A DNA stretch of 20,517 bases from Pseudomonadota bacterium (GCA_043822785.1 JBDRBN010000118.1:1-20517); one strand, 5' to 3'; counted from the stretch's first letter, positions 1 to 8,290 are shown. A program made the numbers and translations. Notes: a model not told the origin generated them from the sequence alone.

Positions 1-87
1 TTCTGCCATTGTCTTCCTCCCAGCCATCACTTGCTGCATTACCTCGTACCTTCTTGTCTCTCTCATAGACAGGTTAATGTTTTCCAT
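1..87 (-). CDS. Transposase N-terminus (partial, HTH start typical of ISNCY/IS1202-type transposases)
   Basis: Hand translation gives MENINLSMRETRRYEVMQQVMAGRKTMAE..., resembling the 'M..RE..RY.V...V..G..T..EAA' start of these transposases. It is homologous to the right-edge partial ORF and is not in the ORF track. Confidence 0.72.
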   Translation of the reverse strand, partial: MENINLSMRETRRYEVMQQVMAGRKTMAE

Positions 88-141
88 CCCCTGTCATTAT
101 CCCATGGGCGTTAACCCTGTCATTATCGCGTGGGTATCACA
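1..141 (-). mobile_element. Left end of an IS1202/ISNCY-type insertion sequence, running off the window edge
   Basis: The minus strand from 141 reads TGTGATACCCACGCGATAATGACAGGGTTAACGCCCATGGGATAATGACAG: a terminal TGT plus two subterminal repeats (CCCAnGnGATAATGACAG, 26-nt period), followed by a transposase-like start. It is 42/51 identical to 20378-20428. Confidence 0.75.
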
Positions 142-249
142 ATCCACACGAAAAGCGTTGACTCGTTCGAAGAACAAGAAGTTTACGAAGGAGCGATATA
201 AGCTGACTCCTCTACCAAAGGGTGTGAAAAGGGTACCGGATTTTAAACT

Positions 250-1392
250 TTGAAAATGTCGCCCTCATTCTCCCACTGTTCAGATCGCCGCCACCAGAGT
301 GCTCCTGCACATGTCTTTGTTCACTTAACCGAACGATGTAATTTCAAATGCACCTACTGTTACGCCCATTCATATAGAGACAATTCCGATGAACTCTCTT
401 GCAGCGAGCTTATGAACCTTTTTCAAGACCTCGATAGCATGAATGTCTTGTACGTCCGCCTCCTTGGAGGTGAGCCTCTTCTTCGAAAAGATATCATCCA
501 GATCATTAAGGGTATGCATCCGTTTAGATTCTCCAAAATGTTAACGACCAACGGTTCTCTGATCACTGATGCCATTGCCAAAACTCTCTATAAGTCGCAG
601 TTCTGCTTGGTCAACGTAAGCCTCGATGGTCCTAAAAGCCTTCATGAGGCTCATGCCGGTGTTGCTGGATGTTACCCAAAGGTTATACGCGGCATCGAAT
701 GTTTGAAGAGGCATGGACTTCGCATAGCCATCATATGCGTGCTCACCCGACTGAATGTTAATGGAATAGAAGAAACGCTCCGCATCGCTCACGAACTAAA
801 GGCGGATGTCTTCAAGATCATTCCACTTGTTCGCATTGGTCGTGCACGAGAGAATACAAATCTTCAACTCAGTTACGAGGAGTGGTGTGATTTTTACATA
901 TGGCTAACTAATCAAAAAATTTCAGGAGGCGCTCATTTTAAAAACATCCGTCTTGTATTCTGCAATTGCAATTTCTGCACCTGGGAGATGTTCTATCCTT
1001 TGCCAGCGCGATCGCGAAAGCGATTGCTCAAAAAGGCCTGGAATGTTGATCTCGACTCGCCTCCCCACACCGAAGGCGGCCTGCATTGCTATGCTGGCAT
1101 CGACCGCCTCGCGATTATGGCTAATGGCGATGTGTATCCATGCGAAGAGATGTTCCATATTGAGAATATGAAGGCAGGAAATATCGCTAAGAATTCTATT
1201 TCAAACATTTGGAGACGATCGCCAGCTCTACGCAATCTTCGATCATTTACTCGAAAAGACATTGTCGGCACTTGTGCAGTTTGCACTAATCCTTATTGTT
1301 CTGGAACAAATCGCGGCGAGGCTTATCTCGAAACAGGATCAATTATGGGACCTGACACGAGATGTCCTAAGGCAAAGAGAATGAAACAATGA
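250..1392 (+). CDS. Radical SAM protein with C-terminal SPASM domain (peptide/protein maturase type)
   Basis: CNFKCTYC (CxxxCxxC), GGEPLLR, TTNG and VSLDG motifs; SPASM-like CYAG...NGDVYPC...CAVCTNPYC...DTRC. Start is TTG 250 or ATG 256. Confidence 0.93.
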   Translation: MKMSPSFSHCSDRRHQSAPAHVFVHLTERCNFKCTYCYAHSYRDNSDELSCSELMNLFQDLDSMNVLYVRLLGGEPLLRKDIIQIIKGMHPFRFSKMLTTNGSLITDAIAKTLYKSQFCLVNVSLDGPKSLHEAHAGVAGCYPKVIRGIECLKRHGLRIAIICVLTRLNVNGIEETLRIAHELKADVFKIIPLVRIGRARENTNLQLSYEEWCDFYIWLTNQKISGGAHFKNIRLVFCNCNFCTWEMFYPLPARSRKRLLKKAWNVDLDSPPHTEGGLHCYAGIDRLAIMANGDVYPCEEMFHIENMKAGNIAKNSISNIWRRSPALRNLRSFTRKDIVGTCAVCTNPYCSGTNRGEAYLETGSIMGPDTRCPKAKRMKQ

Positions 1393-1703
1393 AATGTGGC
1401 GAGCTATATACTTACGATATCGATGGCCGAATCCAAAGTATTCGGAAAGAAAGAGGCTATTATGTATGCCTTGTTGTTCCTGTGCTTGAGTTAATTCATC
1501 TTGAAGAACATACTTTTCAAATCTTGAAATGCACAATTGAAAACAATATGGAGAGACTTGAGAAGTGGTTGGCAAAGCACTACCAGCTCTCAAACAAACA
1601 AATTAGAGTATCGATTTCATCGATTCAGAAAGAGCTTGTCAGTGTATGCCTTTTACCTAAAAAACATGCCAAACCAAGCAAACGAGCGCCTTCTGGAAAT
1701 TGA
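1389..1703 (+). CDS. Stand-alone PqqD-like RiPP recognition element (RRE)
   Basis: 104 aa with an ATGA overlap with the rSAM gene. The pattern is three beta-strands then three helices (ELIHLEEHTFQILK; LAKHYQLS..QIRVSI...KELVSVCLL), as in the PqqD family. Confidence 0.7.
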   Translation: MKCGELYTYDIDGRIQSIRKERGYYVCLVVPVLELIHLEEHTFQILKCTIENNMERLEKWLAKHYQLSNKQIRVSISSIQKELVSVCLLPKKHAKPSKRAPSGN

Positions 1704-1711
1704 TTTTTATA

Positions 1712-1738
1712 GCAACTTTTTCCGCCGAAATCCGATAA
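1712..1738 (+). promoter_or_regulatory. Putative sigma-28 (FliA/WhiG-type) promoter
   Basis: GCAACTTT-N11-TCCGATAA versus consensus TAAAGTTT-N11-GCCGATAA. The ATG at 1745 follows the -10 box after only 6 nt. Confidence 0.5.
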
Positions 1739-1744
1739 GTATAT

Positions 1745-2950
1745 ATGTTTAGAACCACATCATGTTTGATCAATTGCACATCGCCGCTGATGTTTTCTCA
1801 AGCAAATCAGATGCAATCTATAACCAGTTTGCGCCAATACGACGGTAATTCTTATGCACATTCATGCCAACCAAGCATTGGCTCCTCAAGCGTTGCATAT
1901 AACACTGCAACGCCAGGATTGTTTCGTTGTGATCCTGTTGAATACGGCGCATACCAAGCTGTTAATAACTGTATGAAGATACAAAAAGGCGAACAGGTAG
2001 TGGTTATCACGGACCATGAACTTTCAGCATTGGCTGAGACCATCTGCCGTCAGATAGCGATGGCAGGCGCAATGGTTGATAAATTCGTGATGGAAGAAAT
2101 AGGATCAAGACCTGAAGACGGCATTGATCCCCAAATATTTCCCAAAGCTATAGAGATTGCTATGTCAAATGCACAAGCGAGTTTCTATATGGCTGGCGAA
2201 AGAGAAGGAGAGGGCAGCTCATTCAGGAGGCCTATGGTAGCAGCTATAAAAAAACATAAGTTACGCCATGCACACATGCCAGGATTAACCAGAGAGATCA
2301 TGAGCCAGGGCATGGCTGCGGATTATAGCCAAATCCAAAGATTAAGCCTTGCAATCTATAACATCGTCTTTGGCGCAAAAGAAATACGCGTGACCAGCAA
2401 AGCTGGCACTGTTGCTGTGTTTAATTTTGATAAAAAATACCCTTGGATCGTAGATGACGGAGATATAAGCGATGGCGTGATTGCCAATCTTCCTGGTGGG
2501 GAGGTGTTTACAGTGCCGGTCGATGCTAAGGGCAGAGTTGTAATAGACGGCGGCCTTGGCGACCATTTTACGGCAAAATACGGCCTGTTAACTCAACATC
2601 CCATATCATTTGAACTAGAAGCCGGCCGATGCGTTCGCGGAAGCGTAAGATGCGCCAATGAAGCATTAAGGCGTGAATTTGAAAAATACACGTTTGAAAC
2701 AGACGAAAATTCCAGTCGCGTGGGCGAGTTTGCCATAGGCACCAATATCGGTCTTACAAAGTTAATTGGAAATTTACTTCAGGACGAAAAATTTCCAGGT
2801 GTTCACATTGCCCTTGGCCATCCCCTTCCTTGGGTAACCGGCGCAGACTGGGATAGCGCTGTGCATAATGATGCCATGATTATAAAAGCGACGGTAATTG
2901 TGGATGGCAGAATGATTATGAAAGACGGAGAATTCGTGATTGATTATTAG
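1745..2950 (+). CDS. M29-family (aminopeptidase T/II-like) metallo-aminopeptidase with a ~60-aa N-terminal extension
   Basis: KGEQVVVITD, NLPGGEVFTVP, GEFAIGTN, LQDEKFPGVHIALG, SAVHND and VDGRMIMKDGEF motifs. Confidence 0.9.
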   Translation: MFRTTSCLINCTSPLMFSQANQMQSITSLRQYDGNSYAHSCQPSIGSSSVAYNTATPGLFRCDPVEYGAYQAVNNCMKIQKGEQVVVITDHELSALAETICRQIAMAGAMVDKFVMEEIGSRPEDGIDPQIFPKAIEIAMSNAQASFYMAGEREGEGSSFRRPMVAAIKKHKLRHAHMPGLTREIMSQGMAADYSQIQRLSLAIYNIVFGAKEIRVTSKAGTVAVFNFDKKYPWIVDDGDISDGVIANLPGGEVFTVPVDAKGRVVIDGGLGDHFTAKYGLLTQHPISFELEAGRCVRGSVRCANEALRREFEKYTFETDENSSRVGEFAIGTNIGLTKLIGNLLQDEKFPGVHIALGHPLPWVTGADWDSAVHNDAMIIKATVIVDGRMIMKDGEFVIDY

Positions 2951-2984
2951 CACAGTGAGATTCATTATTTCTCATTCACTTTTT

Positions 2985-3299
2985 TCAATATACCTTAATA
3001 CACGTTATCTTATATCCGCCGGATGTCCTAGAGACATCGTAACCCACCCTGATGCCGGCATCGATATCCTTGAGATCGCCTATCATGTTGATCCCGCGCA
3101 AATCAAATGGAAGGCGTTCGCCTTTATCTGTGGCTATGACCCCACTACCTTGCCCGGGATAATAACTCGCGATCTCTCCTTTGCGGAAGAAATCGTTCTC
3201 ATCAACTTTAACTTCACGCTTTTCCTTTGCGCCAGATAAGCCAGGTATTGGCAGCCAATTTACAGGCCGCTGTTCAACATGTGAGTGAAAATCTGTCAT
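2985..3299 (-). CDS. Cold-shock-domain-like (OB-fold) protein with degenerate RNP motifs
   Basis: KGEIASYYPGQGSGVI...GIRVGYDVSRTSGGYKITCIKV parallels CSD G.VKWF...KGFGFI...G..V.F.......G.A..V. Confidence 0.65.
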   Translation of the reverse strand: MTDFHSHVEQRPVNWLPIPGLSGAKEKREVKVDENDFFRKGEIASYYPGQGSGVIATDKGERLPFDLRGINMIGDLKDIDAGIRVGYDVSRTSGGYKITCIKVY

Positions 3300-3319
3300 A
3301 AATATCCTATAATGATTGA

Positions 3320-3350
3320 CGTTTCTCGCTTTGCTGGCGTTTCTCGCGTT
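3320..3350 (+). repeat. 9-bp-period intergenic repeat (CGTTTCTCG/CTTTGCTGG units)
   Basis: cgtttctcg ctttgctgg cgtttctcg cgtt. Related units occur at 6451, 14454 and 19191. Confidence 0.6.
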
Positions 3351-3357
3351 TTATGTA

Positions 3358-4842
3358 TTAACGCACGTACTTGTTTCCGCGACCATCGGGTTTAGCGCCC
3401 CTCTTCATGACATCCTTCTCAGGCGTTAAGATGGGTTCGAGGAACATCGCCTTTTGCCGTTCCTCCACTTCTCTCACCCTGACTTGGGCTGGCTCCTTGC
3501 CCTCAGTACGTATGATCGTTGGTTTGATGAATACCATGAGTTCGGTATTCTCGGTCGCCCGATCCTTGCTCTTAAACAGGTTTCCTAGCAAAGGTATCTG
3601 TGAAAGATATGGCACCCGATCTTTGTTCAAACCATCCTGATAACGAGATAGGCCGCCTATTACTGTAGTCTCGCCATCCTTTACCAGCACAGTAGTTGTG
3701 GCCGTGTTATCGACGATGACCGGTATTCCCTGCACCGTGCGGGTAAAATCAGGAGTGGATGTTATAGCCTCGATATCCAACTTAACGTAGTCGTAGATGG
3801 TGATCTGTGGCGTAACAGTAAGCTCTACGCCGGTCTTCTTCTCTTCGATGCCGCTGCCGGTAGAAGCAGTAGTACCTCCTGACGTGCCTATATTTACATT
3901 ACCCGTACCCTGTAGCAAAAGCGTGGCCCCGCTTCTAATGTTTGCGCTCTTGCCGTTTGAAGTCACAATGGATGGATCGGATATCACATAGATATCGCCT
4001 CGTCTCTCAGCCGCCAGGATCTGTAAATCTAAGCTCGTAGAACCAAAGACCGACCCGATGAGCAGACCGCTAGTGGGCGTAGTGACGCCCATATTCACAT
4101 TCAGGTTTCTGCCGGCATCGCCCTGCCCTACAGCGTTTATACCGGCAAAGCGAAAGGTCGATCCATCTTCACCCCGGCTCAAGCCCCACTGTATGCCAAG
4201 CGCCTGGGAAAATCTTCTAGTGGCCTCGAGGATCTTTGACTCGATTAAAACCTGAGCATCTTTGATATCCACATCTGCGATAAACCGCCTCACCTTGTCT
4301 ATATTTGCAGGAAGCTCTCTCACGGTAATCGAGTTTGTACGCTGATCATCAATTACAGAACCCCTGGAGGAGAGAAGCACCTTCACCTTTACAGCCATGT
4401 CTTTGGCTGGTGCGTATCGCAGAGGAAAGGTCTCTGTTTTTAAATCCTCACCGCTATCAGCAAACTGATCCACCTTGCCTATGCGAATGACCTCGCCTTC
4501 AACAGCGTATTCAAGATTATTGGAGCGTATTATCGCATTCAGGGCCCCTTCTATTGTCACTTTTCTGAAGCTGATATTAACAACTCCCTCAAGACCCTGC
4601 GGAAGGATGATGTTGACATCGCCTATCCAAGCCAAGAACTGCAGAACTTCGCGAAGCGAAGCCTGTTTGAAAGATATATCGTATCTACTCGTTTCAGGAA
4701 TGCCAAAATATCCCCTGGGACCAGTGCCGCTGACGGTGCCCGTATCCACCACGGGACTCTGCCCAAAAGAATGCGCGCTGCACAAAAGAAGCGCGGCAAT
4801 CAATCCAACAAAGGCAGCTTTAAATTTGTATCTGCTGGCCAC
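3358..4842 (-). CDS. pilQ: Type IV pilus secretin (PilQ/MshL-like), compact, no AMIN domains
   Basis: Signal peptide; N0-like ISFKQASLREVLQFLA; N3-like IDDQRTNSITV; secretin motifs QVLIESKILE, GVELTVTPQI, VKDGETTVIGGL, VPYLSQIPLLGNLFK, ELMVFIKPTII. Confidence 0.93.
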   Translation of the reverse strand: MASRYKFKAAFVGLIAALLLCSAHSFGQSPVVDTGTVSGTGPRGYFGIPETSRYDISFKQASLREVLQFLAWIGDVNIILPQGLEGVVNISFRKVTIEGALNAIIRSNNLEYAVEGEVIRIGKVDQFADSGEDLKTETFPLRYAPAKDMAVKVKVLLSSRGSVIDDQRTNSITVRELPANIDKVRRFIADVDIKDAQVLIESKILEATRRFSQALGIQWGLSRGEDGSTFRFAGINAVGQGDAGRNLNVNMGVTTPTSGLLIGSVFGSTSLDLQILAAERRGDIYVISDPSIVTSNGKSANIRSGATLLLQGTGNVNIGTSGGTTASTGSGIEEKKTGVELTVTPQITIYDYVKLDIEAITSTPDFTRTVQGIPVIVDNTATTTVLVKDGETTVIGGLSRYQDGLNKDRVPYLSQIPLLGNLFKSKDRATENTELMVFIKPTIIRTEGKEPAQVRVREVEERQKAMFLEPILTPEKDVMKRGAKPDGRGNKYVR

Positions 4843-5223
4843 CTAGATACCTCCTCCAAGCACGAGTATGAAAACGTCATCTATCCTTTTGAGTCTAACG
4901 CGATCCTTTTCGATAGCATCAACGCGGTATCCCGCGATTAGGTCGCCCGGTTGGACCAAATAGCCGCTGATCAAAGCATATGCATCATTTGGGTTATTAT
5001 AGACGATTCCGGTAAGCTGGAGATCCTCAACCGTCAGGTCCTCTGCAGCGGAAATGCCGCTTGAGAACGGATCGGTATGTGTCTGAACTTCCTGCCCTGT
5101 TCCCACACCTGTAAATCCATCCCAGTCAAAGTCAGAAAGGGATTGAGCCCTAACACCTTGCGCACACATGACCAAGACAGCTAGCACAAGAGCTGCAAAA
5201 AGATTTATGTTCAGATAGCGCAT
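4843..5223 (-). CDS. PilP/MshK-like pilus assembly protein
   Basis: Signal peptide, DPF motif, LQLTGIV...ALISG..VQPGD.IAGYRVDAIEKDRV; located between the PilO-like gene and the secretin. Confidence 0.78.
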   Translation of the reverse strand: MRYLNINLFAALVLAVLVMCAQGVRAQSLSDFDWDGFTGVGTGQEVQTHTDPFSSGISAAEDLTVEDLQLTGIVYNNPNDAYALISGYLVQPGDLIAGYRVDAIEKDRVRLKRIDDVFILVLGGGI

Positions 5224-5255
5224 TTTAAATTTTCCTTAACCTCAACCTAAACAAT

Positions 5256-5849
5256 TTATCTCTTTACCATATATAATTCAACGTCCAATAATGCCTTTAC
5301 GGTTCCGTCTTCTTCTCCGGCTCGAAGATTAAAGCTTTTGATTAGAAGCATCCGATCAATTCTCTCCAACGCCTTAAAATAACCCTGCATGCCGCCATAA
5401 CGGCCATAAAGCTGTATCGATATAGGAACCATCAAGTAATTTTCCTTCTCAACAATATCGCCAATAGTTATGTCTTCGACCTTAACTTTCCGAGAAAACC
5501 TCCTGCTGCTGAGAAGACCTACTGTAGCATGTACCTCTGCCAAGGGGTCCACAACCTTTCGCTCCAACATGCTCTTTACCTTCTGGTCAACCTCGAGCTC
5601 CTTCTGTGGCGCTTTCTTCTGCAGAGCCAGCTGCGTCTTTGTAGAATCTATGAGCCGTTGCAGTGCATCCACCTCAAGTTTTATATTGTTGAGTTCGGAC
5701 CGCTCAGTTTTGATCCTGTCTGCCTGTGGTTCCCAGAATACATTTACAAATAACAACATCAGCCCGCCCAGCACTATTACGAAAAAAAATTTCTCGCGTA
5801 GGCTCGGTTCCTGATCAAGACTAAACTTGGAGATTCTCAGTTTATGCAT
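5256..5849 (-). CDS. pilO: PilO/MshJ-like alignment protein
   Basis: SLREK plus single TM, coiled coil, C-terminal YLMVPISIQLYGRYGGMQGYFKALERIDRMLLI. Confidence 0.85.
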   Translation of the reverse strand: MHKLRISKFSLDQEPSLREKFFFVIVLGGLMLLFVNVFWEPQADRIKTERSELNNIKLEVDALQRLIDSTKTQLALQKKAPQKELEVDQKVKSMLERKVVDPLAEVHATVGLLSSRRFSRKVKVEDITIGDIVEKENYLMVPISIQLYGRYGGMQGYFKALERIDRMLLIKSFNLRAGEEDGTVKALLDVELYMVKR

Positions 5850-6417
5850 CTTGAAATAGCTTCTTCATTACAGGCTGAGTGCTCAACTCATAGTCAATAA
5901 TTTCTGAATCACTAGCCTTTTTTGTATTATCGAGCGCCGTTTTCATAAATATCCCACTCGACTCGAGCTTGAGAATGAAATTTGTTAGCGATCTCTGTGA
6001 CTTCGACTTTCCTTTTATCGTCAGGACATACCATTCATCGCCGCCTCCTGAGATGTTGACCGAATCTAGCCATACGTCAGAAGGAAGCACACGGGTAAGC
6101 CCCCTTAGAATGTTAGACCAACGGGGCCGGTGAGCTATTATTGACGCAACATCACCTTTCCCTGATGCTCCAATCCTTTTCCTGCTCAGCACTGTCACGA
6201 GGTCAATCTGATGTTCCTTCTCCTCATTAAGCTTTACAACTTGTGTCTTAGCATCCTTGATATCATCCCGCACGTCTAAGTAGCGTAAAACCTGAATACT
6301 GTAGAGGGCAATGAGAAAGATACACCAGGCAGCTATCGCATAGATCAAGCTCCTGTATGTAAAGCCGCTGCCTCCGCGTTTCAAAAAGTTCATCCTATGA
6401 AGCGATGCTTCCTTCAA
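5842..6417 (-). CDS. pilN: PilN-like alignment protein
   Basis: N-terminal MNFL (INLL-like), TM, coiled coil, WSNILRGL...LPSDVWLDSV, LTIKGKS...FILKLESSGIF. TTG start with a GGGGG RBS. Confidence 0.85.
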   Translation of the reverse strand: MKEASLHRMNFLKRGGSGFTYRSLIYAIAAWCIFLIALYSIQVLRYLDVRDDIKDAKTQVVKLNEEKEHQIDLVTVLSRKRIGASGKGDVASIIAHRPRWSNILRGLTRVLPSDVWLDSVNISGGGDEWYVLTIKGKSKSQRSLTNFILKLESSGIFMKTALDNTKKASDSEIIDYELSTQPVMKKLFQDA

Positions 6418-6426
6418 ATAACCCCC

Positions 6427-6466
6427 GTGACCAGTGACTTGCTGGAGTCTTTACGTTGCTGGCCTT
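6427..6466 (+). repeat. 40-bp dispersed intergenic repeat, copy 1
   Basis: GTGACCAGTGAC-N8-GTCTTTACGTTGCTGGCCTT; both blocks are identical at 14430-14469. Confidence 0.75.
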
Positions 6467-6476
6467 TATCGGCTTG

Positions 6477-7550
6477 TCAAGGTATAGCTAAACCCACCGC
6501 TACTGCATAGAGCGGTGCCACCCGCGTTACCTCATCGGTTTGCTTAATCGGATCCATAAGATTTTTGAATGGGTTGAATATATCCGTTTCAACACCCAGG
6601 TTTGTTTGCATGTGCTCGGTCACGCCTGGATATTTAGCTCCCATTCCGCATATGTGAATGGTATCGACGCGGTCTACCCCATACATGATGCAGAAGGCAT
6701 CGATAGAACGCTGCATCTCGATTACGAGTTGGCTGAAAAAAAGACCTATCGTCGTTTCAATCCTGTGCATGAGGTCGTCATTCGAGCTCTTCGCGCCCGA
6801 ACTCCAGGATGTTAGCACCCGGCGCGCTTCATCGGATTCAAGGTTTAGATTTCGCATTACAAATTTGATCAGCGCTTCATGGTGTATTCCTAGTAGAGGA
6901 CGCCAAAACAGAACCAAAGTTCCTCTCATCACCGAGAAAAGCGACATCACCTCGCCAAATGACACGCATACATGGTAACGGTCATCGCTCAATATTCCGT
7001 TTGCGTGAAACGAGGCGAGAAGCGCACTGGCTGAAGGCTCAAGGGATACAGGCTTTAGCCCCAAAGACGTAAGCAGTTGCAAGTAGTCGTCGATTACCTC
7101 AGAGGCCAAGCCATATGCTAATATCGGTATCCGCTCCCCTTCCTCAGCAACACCCTCCAGAGGAGAATAGCCCACAATGTACTTCTCTATGTTACCCTCC
7201 ACATGCTCGCGAAAATTCCAACGTATAGCCTCAAGCAGATCACCGTCTGGCATCTTTGCGAAATTCATTCGGCGCACTCTTAAACTGGGATGCTCAGCTT
7301 TGACTGCCACTCTGTTCAGGCCCTCGCCGATATGCCTTATCGCCAATTTAAATCGCTGCTTCTTAAGATCGTCCGCTTGCATGAGATCGATGTCAATCTC
7401 AGTAAATGCAGCAACCGAATAACCGCCATCGCTGCGGCGCTTAACCTTGGCTATCCGGACAGCCTTTCCATCTATGTCGACGCCCAAGCGCTCTCTGCGC
7501 CAACGGATTCCATCGATGAACTCGTGCAAGTCAAATGCACCAATTTTCAT
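6477..7550 (-). CDS. pilM: PilM-like actin-fold pilus assembly protein
   Basis: LGVDID...VRIAKV, LGLKPVSLEP, EMQRSID, IHICGMG, FNPF and YAVAVGLA motifs. Confidence 0.9.
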   Translation of the reverse strand: MKIGAFDLHEFIDGIRWRRERLGVDIDGKAVRIAKVKRRSDGGYSVAAFTEIDIDLMQADDLKKQRFKLAIRHIGEGLNRVAVKAEHPSLRVRRMNFAKMPDGDLLEAIRWNFREHVEGNIEKYIVGYSPLEGVAEEGERIPILAYGLASEVIDDYLQLLTSLGLKPVSLEPSASALLASFHANGILSDDRYHVCVSFGEVMSLFSVMRGTLVLFWRPLLGIHHEALIKFVMRNLNLESDEARRVLTSWSSGAKSSNDDLMHRIETTIGLFFSQLVIEMQRSIDAFCIMYGVDRVDTIHICGMGAKYPGVTEHMQTNLGVETDIFNPFKNLMDPIKQTDEVTRVAPLYAVAVGLAIP

Positions 7551-8269
7551 TAAGGCTCTATCTCCATGACGCGATCGCGCACGGTCTCGACGACCGTACT
7601 TGGGAACGCGCCGCTCACATCCAAAAAACGTTTATAATATTCTAAAGCTTGTTCTTTGTTGCCAGCCTGGTCATATATGAAGGCAATATTAAAATTAGCC
7701 TCGGGATAAGCCGGAACCATCTTCAAAGCTTTTTGAAGCAGCTCCCTCGCTGAAGAACCATTGCCCTCAGCTAGCTCCAGCATGGCCAAGTTGTTTAACG
7801 CCTCTGGATATTCTGGTTTGAGCTGTAGCGCCTTCTGGTATGCCTTGCGTGCTGCAGTTAAATCTCCGCGCTTCTTCGCGATGAGCCCCTGATTGTTCCA
7901 TGCCTCAGGATCGGTTGGATTCATCTCAGTAACTGCAACCATGCTTGCCAGCGCCGAATCAAGCTCATCTGCCTTAAAGGCTTCGATCGCTCTGCGCTTC
8001 ATGGACTCGGCATCCATGGGCGCTCCAACTGCTGACCGTCCTGCTGAGGGAAGCGCTGGTGCCGCATCCGGTATGGAAGATGGCGATGAAAACCTATTAT
8101 ATACAAGATACCCAAGCGCCACGACTACGAGCACAGCCAAGACGGCAGTGCGCTTAGTCGCCCGGGATTGCTTATTTTCCCTAGACTCCTGGAATGCGGT
8201 CAGACCAGAGCCTATCGGCGCCTTTTCCTTGTCCTGTACTTTTTTGAGAGCATCATGAATAAGAGACAT
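7550..8269 (-). CDS. Membrane-anchored TPR protein (MshN-like)
   Basis: Likely start ATG 8269 (GGAG RBS; MSLIHDALKK). One TM, a Pro/Ala linker, and TPRs (PEAWNNQG, PEALNNLA, PEANFNIA). Follows the ExeA/MshM ATPase gene. Confidence 0.85.
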   Translation of the reverse strand: MSLIHDALKKVQDKEKAPIGSGLTAFQESRENKQSRATKRTAVLAVLVVVALGYLVYNRFSSPSSIPDAAPALPSAGRSAVGAPMDAESMKRRAIEAFKADELDSALASMVAVTEMNPTDPEAWNNQGLIAKKRGDLTAARKAYQKALQLKPEYPEALNNLAMLELAEGNGSSARELLQKALKMVPAYPEANFNIAFIYDQAGNKEQALEYYKRFLDVSGAFPSTVVETVRDRVMEIEP

Positions 8270-8290
8270 CAGGCTACTCCAAAACATAAA

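Noticed and set aside
91..134. Two direct repeats at 26-nt period as a possible mini-CRISPR or operator pair
   Set aside because: Only two units, no spacer-sized gap and no cas genes. Better explained as IS subterminal repeats, mirrored at 20385-20428.
2..141. Plus-strand frame open from base 2 through to 253 (ATG at 77 or 104)
   Set aside because: Its 5' part is antisense to the transposase start and runs through the IS terminal repeats. Only the part beyond 141 is treated as possibly meaningful.
250..1703. Calling the rSAM/RRE pair pqqE/pqqD or mftC/mftB
   Set aside because: No PqqA (ExxxY context) or MftA (IDGxCGVY) precursor and no partner genes are visible. The EQEVY stretch at 172-186 fits ExxxY only loosely and is not enough.
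1537..1752. 71-aa plus-strand ORF as a RiPP precursor
   Set aside because: It overlaps the better-supported PqqD-like gene out of frame and has no RBS or leader-like features.
2940..3239. 99-aa plus-strand ORF after the peptidase
   Set aside because: Antisense shadow of the cold-shock-like gene, with no recognisable motif.
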